Shown: positions 12,805 through 26,662 of the stretch, piece by piece
How the letters are laid out: each line of letters begins with the position of its first letter
Position numbering within the stretch: the first letter of the stretch is position 1
Source of the DNA: Lingula anatina
Lineage: Eukaryota > Animalia > Brachiopoda
DNA: 64,000 nucleotides
Assembly (NCBI GenBank): GCA_051362555.1
Contig: CM120646.1
Span: 13,516,001-13,580,000 of the forward strand
Direction of reading: 5' to 3'
Program-made: the position numbers and the translations under genes
The notes under the pieces: generated by a model
Seen by the model: only the letters and a program-made list of their open reading frames with translations
Database searches by the model: none
What the model was told of the DNA's origin: nothing

Positions 12805-14563
12805 TTAGAGACCCATGACACTCAACTCTCTCTGCAACTGACACATAACACAGTGGAAGCAGAACGTGGTCGCCAAGCAATCATTGCAAATACTCCCCTA
12901 TGATAAAATAACGACAAATATCAATGGAATTCAATGAAAGCAGAGAAAAATAATTTAAGCCAAAAAAAAAAAAATATATATATATATATATACAGATCTA
13001 GGATTGAGCCCTAGTGCAGATTAAATGGACAGTTCCAATGTCTGTGCGTTATCAGCTTAAATAATTTTAAAATGTAGTATTTTCATAAGTTACGAGATAC
13101 TGTCAGAACGTCATTTTTGGGGCCGGGAAATTAATTTGCTGTCATTCTCTGCGCATTTCGAGATTCCAGAGGTTAACGAAAGAAGCAGGGTTTATCAACC
13201 GGATGTTGACGTCACTGGGGTTTGGCGCGTCATGTATGCAGCTTATGGGCAACATCAAATCAATTAACACAACTTAATTGACACCGGAACTTGTTTCATT
13301 TTTAATCCAATTTTTAAATAAATGGTTTTATTTTGTGAAATAAAAATAAGGAACATAGGTATGTATCACACGTAGGTGTTGGTGTGCCTTTAATATTTCG
13401 TTTCAATGGTTTGATTGTTCTTATTATTTTTCCGAATTGTAACGTTTTACCTCAATATTGTATCTCTCTCGCAAAGCGGTTCTCATGGTCATCAGGGCAC
13501 CTGGGATGCAGCATCCTACACAGCAACTCTCGTCCATTCTGCTTGACAAATAGGCCAAGTAGCAAGGTTCACAGCGTAATACACCGGCTAGACAAAACAC
13601 CGAGCAACCTGTAAGTAGATAATAACAGATCGCTTTCTTACCATCCCATCAACGACAGTTATTAACAAAGTTATTTTGCTAATTTTGAGCTAACAGAGTA
13701 CACGTGGAGAGTTTTCAGATGGGACAGGTTTTGGTGTCTAAGAAAACATTGGGATACATTGGGATGCATATGAAAATCAGAAGCAGATTGTGTTTTGGAA
13801 TGTGTTGTAATCTGTGACATTGCCATTTGAAACGCCGTGCCAGAATTACCGCAGAGAAGCTGTCCAGTTACTTACACACTGCCATGTCCTCGAAGCAGGA
13901 GCACATTTCAGACGACCACTCCCTTTTAGACTGGACCACTTCTTGACCACCTTGCTGGATGACCACTGTTGTTGACACAGACTGTGAATAAAAGAAATTT
14001 CATGCGTTTTTATACCAAACATAAACTTGTACAGCCACTTGGTTGGCTACTGCTGTTGTATACTGAGTCATTCGACAGAAAAGTGAACTGGTTCCGTTAG
14101 TTCTTTATATATTCTACATAGGAAGGTACCATGGTACAAAAACAGCCGAAATAACGGGGCAAAAGTATGCGAATATTACACATAGTTTGTGCGTCACTGA
14201 CTTGACTCAAATTTTTGTTTTCTAATGGAATTAAATTATTTACTTTGGGAACTAGTTACAGAGCCATCGGTTTTCCTCACTTTAAATGTTCTTTTCTTTA
14301 AAACCTTCATTTACGTCATTGTGGTATTTAAAATTTTGCTCAACGTGTTTTATGAACTTTTAATCCTTAACCCTCCTTCAATAAAACTACCACAGATAAC
14401 AAATGTGTACCTGCTGTGGCTGCGTAACAATAGGTGCTTGTTGGTAAGCATACTGTCCTTGATCCTGGGGAAACTGAGCGCTGCTTTGCAAAGGTGGCGG
14501 CGGGTTAGACCAATAGCCTGGCTGCTGAGGCTCGAGCTGATAACCATAGTTCGGCTCCCCCAT
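12805..14563 (-). CDS. PLAC8/cornifelin-family protein, copy 3
   Basis: Exons 14563-14411, 13981-13876, 13608-13451 and 12897-12805; MGEPNYGY..., WSSEMCSCFEDMAVCC, GSICNDC...CVMCQLQRE; no internal stops. Confidence 0.92.
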
Positions 14564-15914
14564 ATCTTGATATTCTTATTTCCTCTATAATCTATGAAAA
14601 CCATAGCAATTATGTAGACAAAATCATGCAAAATTGTGAATTCTGTGGAAGAAAAACAGACCTCTGGTGGATAAAGGCGAAATAACTCTTTTCACACAGC
14701 TGGAATTTTTATTCATTTATTCTTTTTGAAAAAAGCTCTAGGGCAACTTCTAAACACGTATCCCACGCATACCCCGCAGTCAAAAACATTAACCCTGTAA
14801 ATTTCTTTAAATTTCCTGTAGTTTTTCTTAGTACAGAACTGCTTTTAAAGCAGGAAATTTAGAACAAGACTTCAGCAATTTTCAAAGTGATTGCCAATTT
14901 AATTCCAAAACTGTAAAACGAACATAAATCCAATGTGTTTTAGGCCGCACTTAAGCAAGATAGCATAGCATGTATGCTGAAGGACACTTTTTTCATTCCA
15001 TTTGTATGTTTTTGTCGACTATCGGGGAAAAAGCAAACTTAACAAAAAGCACGTGACTCACAATTCTTAATTTTGAGCAATCAAAAGTATCACCTATGAA
15101 ATAATTTTTGCAAGAGAGGCAACAGGTAATCGGTGACATCTTGGCTACCACACGAAAACCTAAAGTTTTTGTCGGAAAGAAAACCTTATCCGCCCCTTGA
15201 TGACTTGAAATATTAAAAAAAAACACAGTTGGCTTTCACACATGTTAAGATTTTCTTTTGGTCATCCAGCTGGTCCAGTTGGCCATAAATTATCCACCCC
15301 ACCCCGCTTCGAAGGCTAAAACGCACACGACTTGCTTAAACCATGAACTAAATGTTTCAAGACAGGACACAACAATTGGAGATTTTTGTCCATTTTCGCT
15401 TTGATCAAGTGTCAGTGGTCACTTATCATCACAGCAGAGCTGACCCCTACTTTACCACTAGGTGAATGCAAATTAAAATAATCATATCAGATGATGATTA
15501 ATTAACAGCTTTTACTTTTTTGTTGCTTTTTTGGCCATTTTGATTTCTCTCAAAAAGGGTGACGTTATTATATGTTATCACTAATCATATTGTTCTCCTC
15601 TGGCAAGATAAGCGCTCACTACAGCGCCAAAGTATATTTGCCGTCTTATGACGGTCTTTCATTTTCACCCCCGCCATTTTGAATTAACTAAATGTTTTAG
15701 AATGCATCTAAATTGAGTTTGAAATACATTAAGTATTGTTTGCAAATTTATTGCTGAAACTAAGCCTGGTACAGTGCAGCGCTTTTTTTTTTTTTTTTTT
15801 TCAAATCAAAGTGGGCGATTTTTAAGAGAGAGACATGCAACCACACAAAGATAAACTAAATATTTTTAATATACAGACTACTGTTTAAAAACATACAATC
15901 CAATGAAAGCTTTC

Positions 15915-16130
15915 TTAATTTGGGCAAATACAACGGCATGACTCCTTTCAAAGTACTGCTCTCCGATCCGACACCAGCGGAAGACGGAGACGCGACACCC
16001 AAAACGTTACTTGGAAAAGAAAACATCAGTGAATGGGCAGGAGCAACGGCCAACAACTGTGCACTAACATCACGTGACAGAAGGGCTTGGCGTTCCGTCG
16101 TCGTCAAGCACGACACCTGATTGATCGATC
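15915..16130 (+). mobile_element. RTE LINE 3'-end fragment
   Basis: Translates with a frameshift as SGRRRRD...W..NISEWAG...C....RDRRAWRSVV, like the RTE C-terminal GRP..W.DNIKEW...A.DR..WR motif, followed by a TGAT-type tail. Confidence 0.65.
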
Positions 16131-18439
16131 CTGGCTATATTCGATTGACCTCAACTGCGCTCCTCGTTTGTGAAGAAAATGACCACTACATTTTTTTTAA
16201 ATTGTTCCGACAGCACTCAATCATTTTTCCAAGAAGACAGCGCTAATATTTTAATCTAGATTTTAAAACACCATGTAACATTTAATTTTAAACAACGATT
16301 ATCATAACTCGCGCGTCGATCACATCATCAACGAACATTAATACTATGGAACCTCCATTCTGGCAAAGTTAAAATGTTTGGGACGGGAAAAACGAAATTG
16401 TGTCGTTGATTAATCTCTGCTATACAATTAAAAACGTTCGACCGGTGAAAACTGCCCATTGATTTGCTACGATTGCGAAACCCTTCAGAGGACTTACCTT
16501 TTTCACGGGCTATGTCGTACTAATCCAGAGAGCTGTCGAGCGATGCGTATATCAACAGTCTTATCTGTTTGCCGTAACTATCAACTTCACTGTTTTAAGC
16601 TTTTCAACAAACCTGTAAAACAAACTGCTAGCATTCTTAAAAAAGGATAAAGAGGCACTTCCACTGGCTGAAACCTAGTTTTAAGTAGTCATAGTAATTA
16701 GTAATCGATGTGTTGACAGGGAGGAGCAGGATTGTTTTAACCAGTTGATTTTAGTTGTTTGCTATAACAACATGTTTGCTTTCTCTATTGTATCAGACTC
16801 TAGCAGTTAAAAATCTCTTGTGATATTTGAGGCTGAGAAGTTTGTCGCAAGGAGTGAAGTTTTCGTAAAATTGTAAAACATAAACTTCCTAGGTTTATAT
16901 CATTAAGGACAGACACCATGAGGATAAAAAAAATCATTATAACCGTTACCTACGTCTGCCGCCTCCGTAACTGTTGGTGCACGCTATACACAGCCCCTTA
17001 TACTTAATTTTTGCTCGTCAACACAATTAAAATGAAATCATATTACTTATAACCTTCAAACTTACTGAAGTGATTGTTAGGACTAGAATACATCTTACGT
17101 TCGAAAACCAGCCTCATTGGAACATTTTGACGTTAAAGCTCTGTTCTGAAAGCCCGCATGAATACTCCGGAACAAAAAATGTGTCCCCTACCGCCATTAT
17201 GCTATAAGGGTACCCGTAGTTTTAATTTTACTATTACATAACAACTAAGCAACTGATCATCGTGTAAATTGGGGATGTGAGTAGTAAAATATTGACCTAC
17301 GTAGCGTAGCCATTGACATACTTCAGCACCAATGATTTTTTTAAGATGCAGCTCCTAAGTGAAAGGGATATATATTTTTACCAAGCGGTTGGCATACTGT
17401 AGAAGCGGGTTTTGACCCGCCGAATTGCTAGAAGGTTGGTTTGTTCCATAAGGACCATAAAGAAGGTTAGACAACATCACACCCAAACATGAGCACGGGT
17501 AAAATTTCCCGGTAAGACAGCACGAAGGAAACCATATCCAGAAAGGAGATAATTAAAATACGTCTCCTTCGTAGGAAACGTTTTAAGACATAAAGGAACT
17601 TGACTGCAAAGTTTTTGTAAGAACTCTTGTAAGTGCAAACCATGTTTTTGAGTTTACCGTCAGATGATGTCTGCACAATCACCGTTATTTTGGCAGTTTC
17701 TGTTAGGAGATATCAGTGATCGCAACCAAGAACCGTTTTCGTCGAGTCAGATGTTATGTCGTAACTCTGGCATGGACATCAGTCAACAACTGGTCATTGA
17801 CACTGTTCTCAGCGTTGTTAGGATTTATGGACGCGTAAGGGTTTGTTGAACAACTGGTAAGAAGTTTCTTCCCAATGTTCTGCCTCTGGTCGACAGGACG
17901 CGCCCCACATAAGTCATAGCATGGGATGAGTTGGCTAATATGGTGTAGGTGAGCTGGCAGTGATCAACGGAAACGTCTCCGTCTCCGTCGAGCCAGATGC
18001 TATGCCAAAACTCTGGCATGGACACCAGCCGACAACTGGTCACTGACACTGTTGTATGAACAACTTTCAAACACATTGCCAAAAAGGTTCAGTGATTGCA
18101 AATAATTGGAGTCTTTTCGTGTGGTTTTGCATAAAATAATGCATCTTTATTCTAAAAGTTGAAATTATGGTGAAGATGGGTATTTATGCGTTTTTCATTG
18201 TGATATAAAATACAAATTTACCAAATGGCATAGCGAACTAACAAAACGATTAAAGCTTGATCTGTACATAACCTTAGGTTTAACAAGTACACCAATAAAA
18301 CCGTTTACTTTAAATATATATTTAAAACAAGTGGTCGTTTTGACTTAGTTAACATTTCAAGATGTCTACTAAACTGATGCCTTATTTAGCAACGGATTAA
18401 GTGCGGCTTTAGCACAATTTCCAGATGGAAATGGTTTGG

Positions 18440-20675
18440 ACGCCATGTGAGCCAACTGGTAGGCCAAAGTTATCTTTCAGCCTTTGTCCACCCACTGGGT
18501 CACTGTGCAACGGCTTCAATCGTGAATGAATATAACAAATGGGTGCAAACCAATAGCCCGCCTCTTCAAATTACATGTGGTCTTAAAATGGTTCATGTTG
18601 ATGTGTTGCTGGACGGTGATGAGGAATTTACTAGTAGATACAAGTTTTGCATTCAACTTCAGGTAGCTTTTTTCCTTATTTTTTTATTGTTTTCTTTTTT
18701 ATTTTATCATTATTTTTAAAAGATATATTTTGAGTATTTCTCTTTTAACCATCTAGACCGCTTGTTCTTGAATAGCAAACTAAAAAAAAATCACCGATAA
18801 AATCGTGAGAGTCCCCATAAAAATTCCATATTTGTTTCAACTGAAGAGAAACTCCTTTAGTTGTTCATGTTTTCGTTGTCCCCTGTGCTCGCTCCTATAG
18901 AATGGCCTTGACATTGACCTACTTAAAGCCCCATCATGTTCATTTCTCGGGTCAACTAGCATAACGTGCAGGGATAGCAACACATCGCAGTCAGGCAATG
19001 TTAAAATGTTTGGGGTGGGGAAAAAGAAATTGTGTCGTTGAATAATCTCTGCTGTACAATTAAAAAAGTTCGACCGGTGAAAATGAGTCACCCTGTAAAA
19101 AAAGGTGGTAAAATGATCTGCTAGAACATGTACAATAACATTCCAATCCTTCAAGGGGGATTCTGCGTCTTAAGAGGTGTCATTCTTAGCGCAATATCTC
19201 TACTGAGTTTTAATCAATATTTACCACACTTTTGTTCTGGAAAAACAAAAGTTACGTGAGGCACTCTCAATCTTACCAATGCTGATAACAACTCTAGCAT
19301 GACATCGGAATGCCTTACAATCTAATTTATATCAATATTTCAGAATAACAAAATAAATGCAGCGAAGATCACCAAATTAATCCAAATGCCACGCTTAATA
19401 TCAACGTAATTATATTCCAGTGAAGCAACGTAAATACCAAAGACATTTCATGTGCGCCTTTTAAATAGGAGATGGTGTTATTTCTCCTCAGCTGATACAC
19501 TATAGTTTTAATCAACCTTGTTCGAAGATATTGGCAGCTCAAACCTTTCTAGATGAGAAATACAAGTGATCGTTTCAGTAACTTGAAGCGTGAAAGTAAT
19601 AAGAAGCGGGGATTATAACAATGTAAGATTGAACGAGATCTTTGAAAATGCAGATGTGGAGGTAACTCAGCGAAGAAATTTCATGGCGAAATGTGTAAGA
19701 AGAGGCGCGTTGGTCGAATTGCGTTAGAGAAGATTTGTTGTGGTGAATAGCAATCCCATGTCTTCAAAGCATGAGCAGAGGTCAGTTGACCAGGGGGGCT
19801 TGAAGACGACCTGTGGCTGCTGATTAATCAGTAAATGTAGTGTTCGGTTGAGAAAATTGAAAGACATCCTCCCCCGCGGTTTCTGAAAAAAATCTCACCA
19901 ACTTTCCCCTCTTGAAATTTGAATTTTTACTAGCTGAATCATAGTTCTAATCCGTACCAAATGGCACCCTTCGCCCTCTTAAATACCAAAAAATTTCGGG
20001 GCCCTTCCTTGGGCCCCGAACCCTACGCCAAGGGGAGAGGGGAGGGCTTGCATCTGCGGACCCCCCCCCCCCCCAACTTCGAATAATCCTGGATCCGCCC
20101 CTGCTGTGCGTACTATTCGTAAAAGAAAGGGGTTCATCATCCCCAGCCCTGGCCTATCTTTCCACTGCAGCTCCAGAAATACGTTTGATTTATATATAAG
20201 AAGAAGAAAAAGAAAAGCGAAGAATTTATTTAGTCTAAATCCAGTTATGCTCCATAAACATTACAATTTTAAGAGTTAAAAATGGAAAAATTTATAAAAA
20301 GAAGGGAGAAAAGCTCAAGCGCACTGATATAGAGCAGAAAATAAAAAAGTAAAAAAATCTGATGTTCTATTTAGATCTAAATCGGGACAAAACTATGTAT
20401 GATATTCACCACCTTCAATCAGAAGCGAGGTAGGTCCTGTCAAAACAAAAATGGCGGCGGCCTTTTTTACAGCCCATAAGCGTAAACATTTCAGACATCA
20501 CCCCCCTTTTAACAAACTGAAAGCTTGTGTACATAAGGTCACCGAAATCAAATATATTTTGCACGACTTTCATATAACAGAGGCCTTAAAAAGTATTAAA
20601 ACGTATGCCTCACAGATCAATAACCGTACGTTGCGCCTTTATTGTTCGATCCACAGGCTGACACGATTTACCTGT
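18440..20675 (-). pseudogene. PLAC8-family pseudogene (copy 4), internally deleted
   Basis: Truncated last exon at about 18923-18998 (CLTAMCCYPCTLC*LTREMNMMGL*, with CAG>TAG), a partial exon 2 at about 19755-19860 lacking its donor, 3' flank homologous to 21610-22100, and a promoter-like block at 20400-20675. Coding exons 1 and 3 are absent. Confidence 0.8.
19868..20103 (-). mobile_element. CAGGGGCGGATCCAGG-family non-autonomous DNA element
   Basis: Ends ATAATCCTGGATCCGCCCCTG; related copies at 28185-28436, 35820-35862 and 60289-60534. Confidence 0.7.
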
Positions 20676-22105
20676 CGAATCGTATTGACCCATTGTATAC
20701 GTACATACTGGAGTATTCAATGATTAGTTCGCTCATATCATTTGCATTTTATCGAGAGTTTACAACGTGATATGCTCACATCGCATTATTGTTTGGCGTT
20801 CTATAGTGTGTGCTGCAAATGTAACTATGTTAAAATGCCCCCATTTAAGGGATCTTGCAAAACCAGGAATTACGTCTTATCTACCAACTTATTAAATAAT
20901 GATAAAAATGTTTTTATTATTAATATTAATATGGTAGAATGTTTCATTTTTTTCACTAATGTGACCAATTTTATATTAACACATCTGACAGGTAGATACA
21001 TGTAAAACCTAAGGTGACAATTACTTAAGGACCATTGATATACATGTACTCTCTACCACGGCCACAGATTGATTTTTCATGAGATATTCACACGTCTCTG
21101 GTTAAACTCACTATTATTCTCTGTACTTGGTCGTTTCAACGAACATGTTCATATAATAATAACTGTGGTCCTGATGGAAGGAACCATTGATAGCCAATCT
21201 TGGAAATTTTTAAGCCAAATGTACACGGAACTGCAAGATAGGAGAAATCCAAGCTAACAAGGGAAACACATTTAACTCTTATTTGAAGCTTTATTGCAAC
21301 TGTTTTTGCATTAAGTGTTTTCCAATGTTTTTTATAATAAAAGTTTTAATAAAGGCAAAGATAAGTATCATGCTGTAAAAAAGAAATCCACTTAATGACA
21401 TTCTGGATTAACGTAAAGTAGTTAAGAGTTTATCTGTATCAACTGAGTATTAACAAAGACAAAAACCTTTTCAAATACCGTTATACGTATTTACAGTACT
21501 AAGTTGCCATTTTAAAATGGCTCGCAATTCCAATTGTTTCTTGTAAACTGAGCAACGAGTTACAGGCCGATTCTGCGCCATTTTAGACAAAAACAGATTG
21601 ATATGGAAGATGGCTGGTGAGCCAAAGAAATATTTTGCCCTAAACCCATCCACTAGGTCATTGTGACGCCACTTCACTCGTGGATGAATGTAGCAAGTGG
21701 GTGCAAACAAATAGTCCGCCTCTTCAAATGAAATGTGGTCTTTAAACTGTTTGTGATAATCTGTTGCTGAACCGTGCCTGTTGAAGCGTGAATACGAATA
21801 TACTAGTAGACACAAGTTTTCATTCAACTTAACTTCATCCCGCTGTTCTCTTTTCTTCTTTTCCCTTATAATTATTTACTATTATTTATTTCTAAATATA
21901 TGTTTTGATTAAATGTGGGTAACGTTTGTCTTTCTTTTTACACAATAAAGTAAAATAACAAACTAAAATGAATTTTCCAATAAAATCGTGAGATTCCCCA
22001 CAAAACATCTCATATTTGTTTCAACCGATAAAAATCCCTTTGGTTGTTCATGTTCTCGTTGTCCCCTGGGCTCGCTCCCACAGAATGGTCTTGACATTGA
22101 CCTAC

Positions 22106-23891
22106 TTAAAGCCCCATCATGTTCATCTCTCGGGTCAACTGGCACAACGTGCAGGGATAGCAACACATCGCAGTGAGGCAATCATTGCAGATATCACCCT
22201 GTAGATAGAAAAGCACTGTAAATATGATTTGCATTACAAATTACATTCAATTACATTCAATCTACGCATATACTTGTAGTTCACACCTCTTAAGATGAGA
22301 AATAGAAGTAATCTTTTCAAGGCGTGCAGCGAGTAGGACCGTTTAATAAACTGTTCTGTGAAAACGGCCTTGTGCACAGTATTTTCGAGATTCCTCAGCC
22401 TTTTTAAACGTTTCACAGGCAATCAAGACACGACGTGCACTTGTCTTCACCAAGACACGTCATCCAGACAAACACAGAACGTTACTATAACGTTACCGTA
22501 ACGTTATAATAACGACTGTCTTTGCTGGAATAGTCTACCATAGTATTACATGTACCTGGATGTTGTTCCTTTCTCTCAGCACGGCTCTCAGGGTGATAAG
22601 GCCGCCGGGGACACAGAAGGGGACGCAGCAGTTCTCTCCCATCCTACTGGACAAGCTACACTCATAGCATGGTCCACATCCACACTGAACCAACCAGTAC
22701 ACCATGCAGCCTAAAAGAAAGAAAGTCATACAAGAAAGTCATTCGTACTATACAAACTCAATGTTCCACAGACTTGTGACCAGGAGGATTGTAGACAGTG
22801 TGGACCAAATACGTAGATCAGTCTTTTTTAACATGTCATAAAGAAATGTATACATGTATGAATGATACTATGGAACGATGGGTCTCGATACTATAAGACT
22901 AGTGAACATGACAAGTGCGAGAAAATTATAAAGTTGCACTGTTTAGTACAATGAAAAGAACGTCCGACCTCACATTTGTCGGGCTTCACCTCGTTTTAGC
23001 AAGTTTGAGCATGAAAATAATAAAAAAAGCGGTTATTTCTTAATAACTAAGTTAGTAGGGTCTAAATTTATGCAAATGTAGATGTGGGAGTAACTTAACA
23101 AAGAAGTTTCGGGGGTAATTGTGCTAGAGGAGACGGGTTGGTCAAATTGTGTTGGAGAAGATTTGTTGTGGTGCAATTGCGTTAAAGAGGGTAACCAACT
23201 TACACACTCCCATGTCTTCGCAGCAAGAGCAAAGGTCAGTTGACCAAGGGCGCTTGAAGACGACCTGTGGCTGCGGGGCTTGTTGCTGAATAATCACTGT
23301 AGTATTCGGTTGAGTAAACTGAAAGAGAATTATGATAAAACCCCTTCACAAGCAGCAGTGACGACTTTCAGTTCGCCTATGAACTATATGAAACTACGGA
23401 GTCATGACGTGAATGTATAGCATCTTTCTGTCCATTTCTTTTACCTTTCTGGTAAAGCTTCTTTTTTCGTCCACATAATAGCGTTCATACAAACACACTA
23501 GGTAAGGTAGACTAAAACCTGAAAATACCGATTTCAAACTGAATAGTATGACCGCATTCACATCGAGTTGAGCCATGGCTCTACAAAGCCACGACCTAAA
23601 TATTTAGGTGTCGTGACCACGTACCTGCGGCTGCTGAACAACGGGTTGCTGTGGTTGATTGTATCCATAATAGGCTTGACCTTGAGGTGGCATTTGACCT
23701 TGAGGCATTTGACCTTGAGGTGGCATATGACCTTGGCCTGGGCGAGGCTGGTCATAACCGTATACTGGGGGCTGGGCCGCCGCTCCTGCCTCTCCCATGC
23801 TGTACTGCACTTGGTGAGGGGAGACGGCGTCGGGGACCCCCGGGTTGACCTGTGGGTATTCTTGAAGACCAGCACCTTTTTCCTCCATCAT
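22106..23891 (-). CDS. PLAC8/cornifelin-family protein, copy 5 (most divergent)
   Basis: Exons 23891-23625, 23318-23204, 22710-22556 and 22198-22106; PQGQM repeats, WSTDLCSCCEDMGVCC, GDICNDC...CTLCQLTRE. Confidence 0.92.
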
Positions 23892-26090
23892 ACGTTTAAA
23901 TTTGTTCGGAGCTCTGAAATGAAATATGTGTTCACATCAGATTCATTTCACTAGATTCACAAAGAAAGGGGTCCATCACCCCCCCCCCCCCCCCCCCCCC
24001 AATCCCTAAAATCTTTCTGCTGTAGCTTCACGGAAGTACGTTTGATTAGAAGGGCACCATTTGGATACCGTTTATAACTTGCAAAAAAAAAAACTGCAAA
24101 TCTTCTACTCCGCTAGTTTGTTTGTGTGTTTGTTGGTTTTTGCGTTTGTGATCATTTTTTATTTATTCATTACTTTATTTATTTATCAATTAATTAATTA
24201 ATTCATTCATTTATTTATTTAAGATAGATGAAAGACCCAGGAACTGATGAACTAATTTGATTTTTAGTGAAACAGGGGTTTGGGCTGTCCCTGGGAGTTG
24301 GTTGATTCTTCATTCTTCTGATTCTATTTATTTTACACACTGTATGTGCACAGCATTACGTAAAAGTTATGGCTGCATTTCGATGAAATTTTCAGGATAT
24401 TTCACAAATGGACAAAGGAAGATGATCCAGTAATTCATTAATCAATTAATTAATTATGTACAGATTTGCATGAAATTAATTCAAGATAGGTCACAAATAC
24501 GCAACAGAACAAATGAAAAGATCTTTGTGATGATAAAAAATTCATAAAAAAATATTAGGCCTACTTAATTTTTCGGGATAGGTCAAAAATGAGACGATTT
24601 GATTTTGGTGATGGTCAATTAATTAATCAATGGTTATGTATTTGTCTTTTTGTTCGATATTGCATCTAAGTATGAACTCTTTATTATAATACGGTCATAT
24701 ATATATTCATTCAATCATAACGTATCATATATTAACTGGCTCCTATTTGTGTAGGGGAAGACGGGGATGGTCTGCTCCTGGGGCTAGTCCGCACACTTCC
24801 TCTATCTCGAACGCGAAACGAAGAATCTCGCCCTCCGTCATTTATAAGCGGTCACATGAAATGAGCAAGCATAATAAAACAAGAATAGCGGATGCAACGC
24901 AGCTAAAACGTGACGCTCAAGCCAGAGTTATTTTTAGCTTATACTCTCGGCACCCCCCCCCCCCCCCTCTCCCGGCACACCTGCCCCCGACGCTTGTCCC
25001 TATTCAAGACTGGTACGTGTTTGACACTGGTACATCGCAATCTATGAAAAAAAACTTGAGAGAAAAACCCCAGACGACTATTTCCCTTTATTTTTTGAAA
25101 CCATACAGCATGAGAGCAAAATACGAAATACGTTTCTTCCCTCATGCCCTACATACTCGTATTGCAGCAAAATTATCCTCGTCTACCATATCTATATTTG
25201 TCCATTTCTTTTCGATAAAAAACATCCCTGTGTCTGTTAAGCTCATGCATACACAACTCAGACTTACAACAGACAGTTTGAAATCTTACATTCGTCCACG
25301 CCCAAATGAATTCGATCATCATACCTGACCTCTGGCAGACGAGTGCTCCTGTACCATTAATTCTAACAACAGCCAACCGACGTCTCCGTAGCACGGTGTA
25401 GACTTCGGGCCTATCCTTTTTATCCTTTTTAACCCAGTGCAAACTTCCCTTTTGTGCTCTAAGTCTATTTTACCACCGACTGACGTGATCTGCCTGTGAC
25501 GGGTACTCGTACATCATGGGTCATATTGACATTTTATTTATTTAGTAATAAAGTGCTGAAGCCGCTCCATTACTATAGTGTGATTACGATAACATCAATT
25601 TATCATATCCGAACATCTCAGTTACGTGTTTTGAGTCACTTATCTTATCTGTTATTTCAATTCCAGTATGTTTTGCACTTCACCGCAAGCATGGCACGTG
25701 GTTTAATTATCGCTTGACATTACGACTGGCATTTAATTTATCCTTAACGCGTTTCGTATCATATTGCTGCCCCACATGTCACACAAAACATATATAGGCC
25801 TAACCGCAGCCAGGATGCGGCGGGCGGATTTTTGGACGCATCTTTTTATACCAATACAAGTATATAAAAGAGACTGGGTCTGAATAGGGCTCTTAAATTT
25901 CAAATTCTGGCTAGTCACAAATCTCTCTCTCTCTCTCTCTCTCAAGAAACATCCTTGCACTGGATGATATAAAACTATAGTTAGAGGGAAGACAAGGGTA
26001 AAAAATTCATTTGATGCAGCTAGAAAAAAAGAACACTTGCGCCCACTTCCATCCCCTCCAAAAGAAAGAAAAAAAGAAAGACAGAAAAAA

Positions 26091-26662
26091 CGGTACTTTT
26101 GTAGTATACCCCCCCCACCCTGTAACTTCCTGAAACTTTCATTTTTCAAACATTTTTTTACTTTGTCTTTTTCACCTATGTCAAAGCTGTTGAAATAAAA
26201 TGTTTTTGTAATTACCTGTGGTCTTTTTATTAGTTTTAATCACGTTTAATCCACCCCATTGAAATACAATGTGAAAATTTACAATGTATCTGCAGTCAAT
26301 AACTTGCAGCGTTTTCGTTGGCTAACTCTAACTTATTTTATGTGAACATAAGATTGATACATTGTATACTTGGACTTCCTCTGTGAAATTATTATGAGCT
26401 ACTTGTTCACATAAAATTACCTTAGAGTTAGCCAACGAAAACGCGGCAAGTTATTGACTGCGGGTGTAAATTGAAGATTCTAACATTGTATTTCAATGGG
26501 CTGGATTAAACGTGATTAAAACTAATGAAAAGTCCACAGGTAATTACAAAAGCATTTTATTTCAACAGCTTTGACATAGATGAACAAGAAAATGTAAAAA
26601 ACTGTTTGAAAAGTGAAAGTTACAGAAAGTTACAGGGTGGGGGGTATACTACAAAAGTACCG
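26091..26662. mobile_element. Foldback-type MITE of about 570 bp, almost entirely palindromic
   Basis: CGGTACTTTTGTAGTATACCCCCC...GGGGGGTATACTACAAAAGTACCG with imperfect arms of about 260 bp and a short spacer; an A-run flanks both sides. Confidence 0.85.

Noticed and set aside
17738-18055. About 70-bp diverged direct repeat with short ORFs
   Set aside because: No recognisable protein motif or splice structure; probably a fragment of an unclassified repeat.
24747-25328. 193-aa plus-strand ORF as the missing GPCR N-terminus or a novel gene
   Set aside because: TTG start, a poly-C-derived Pro run, and no signal peptide or recognisable motif.
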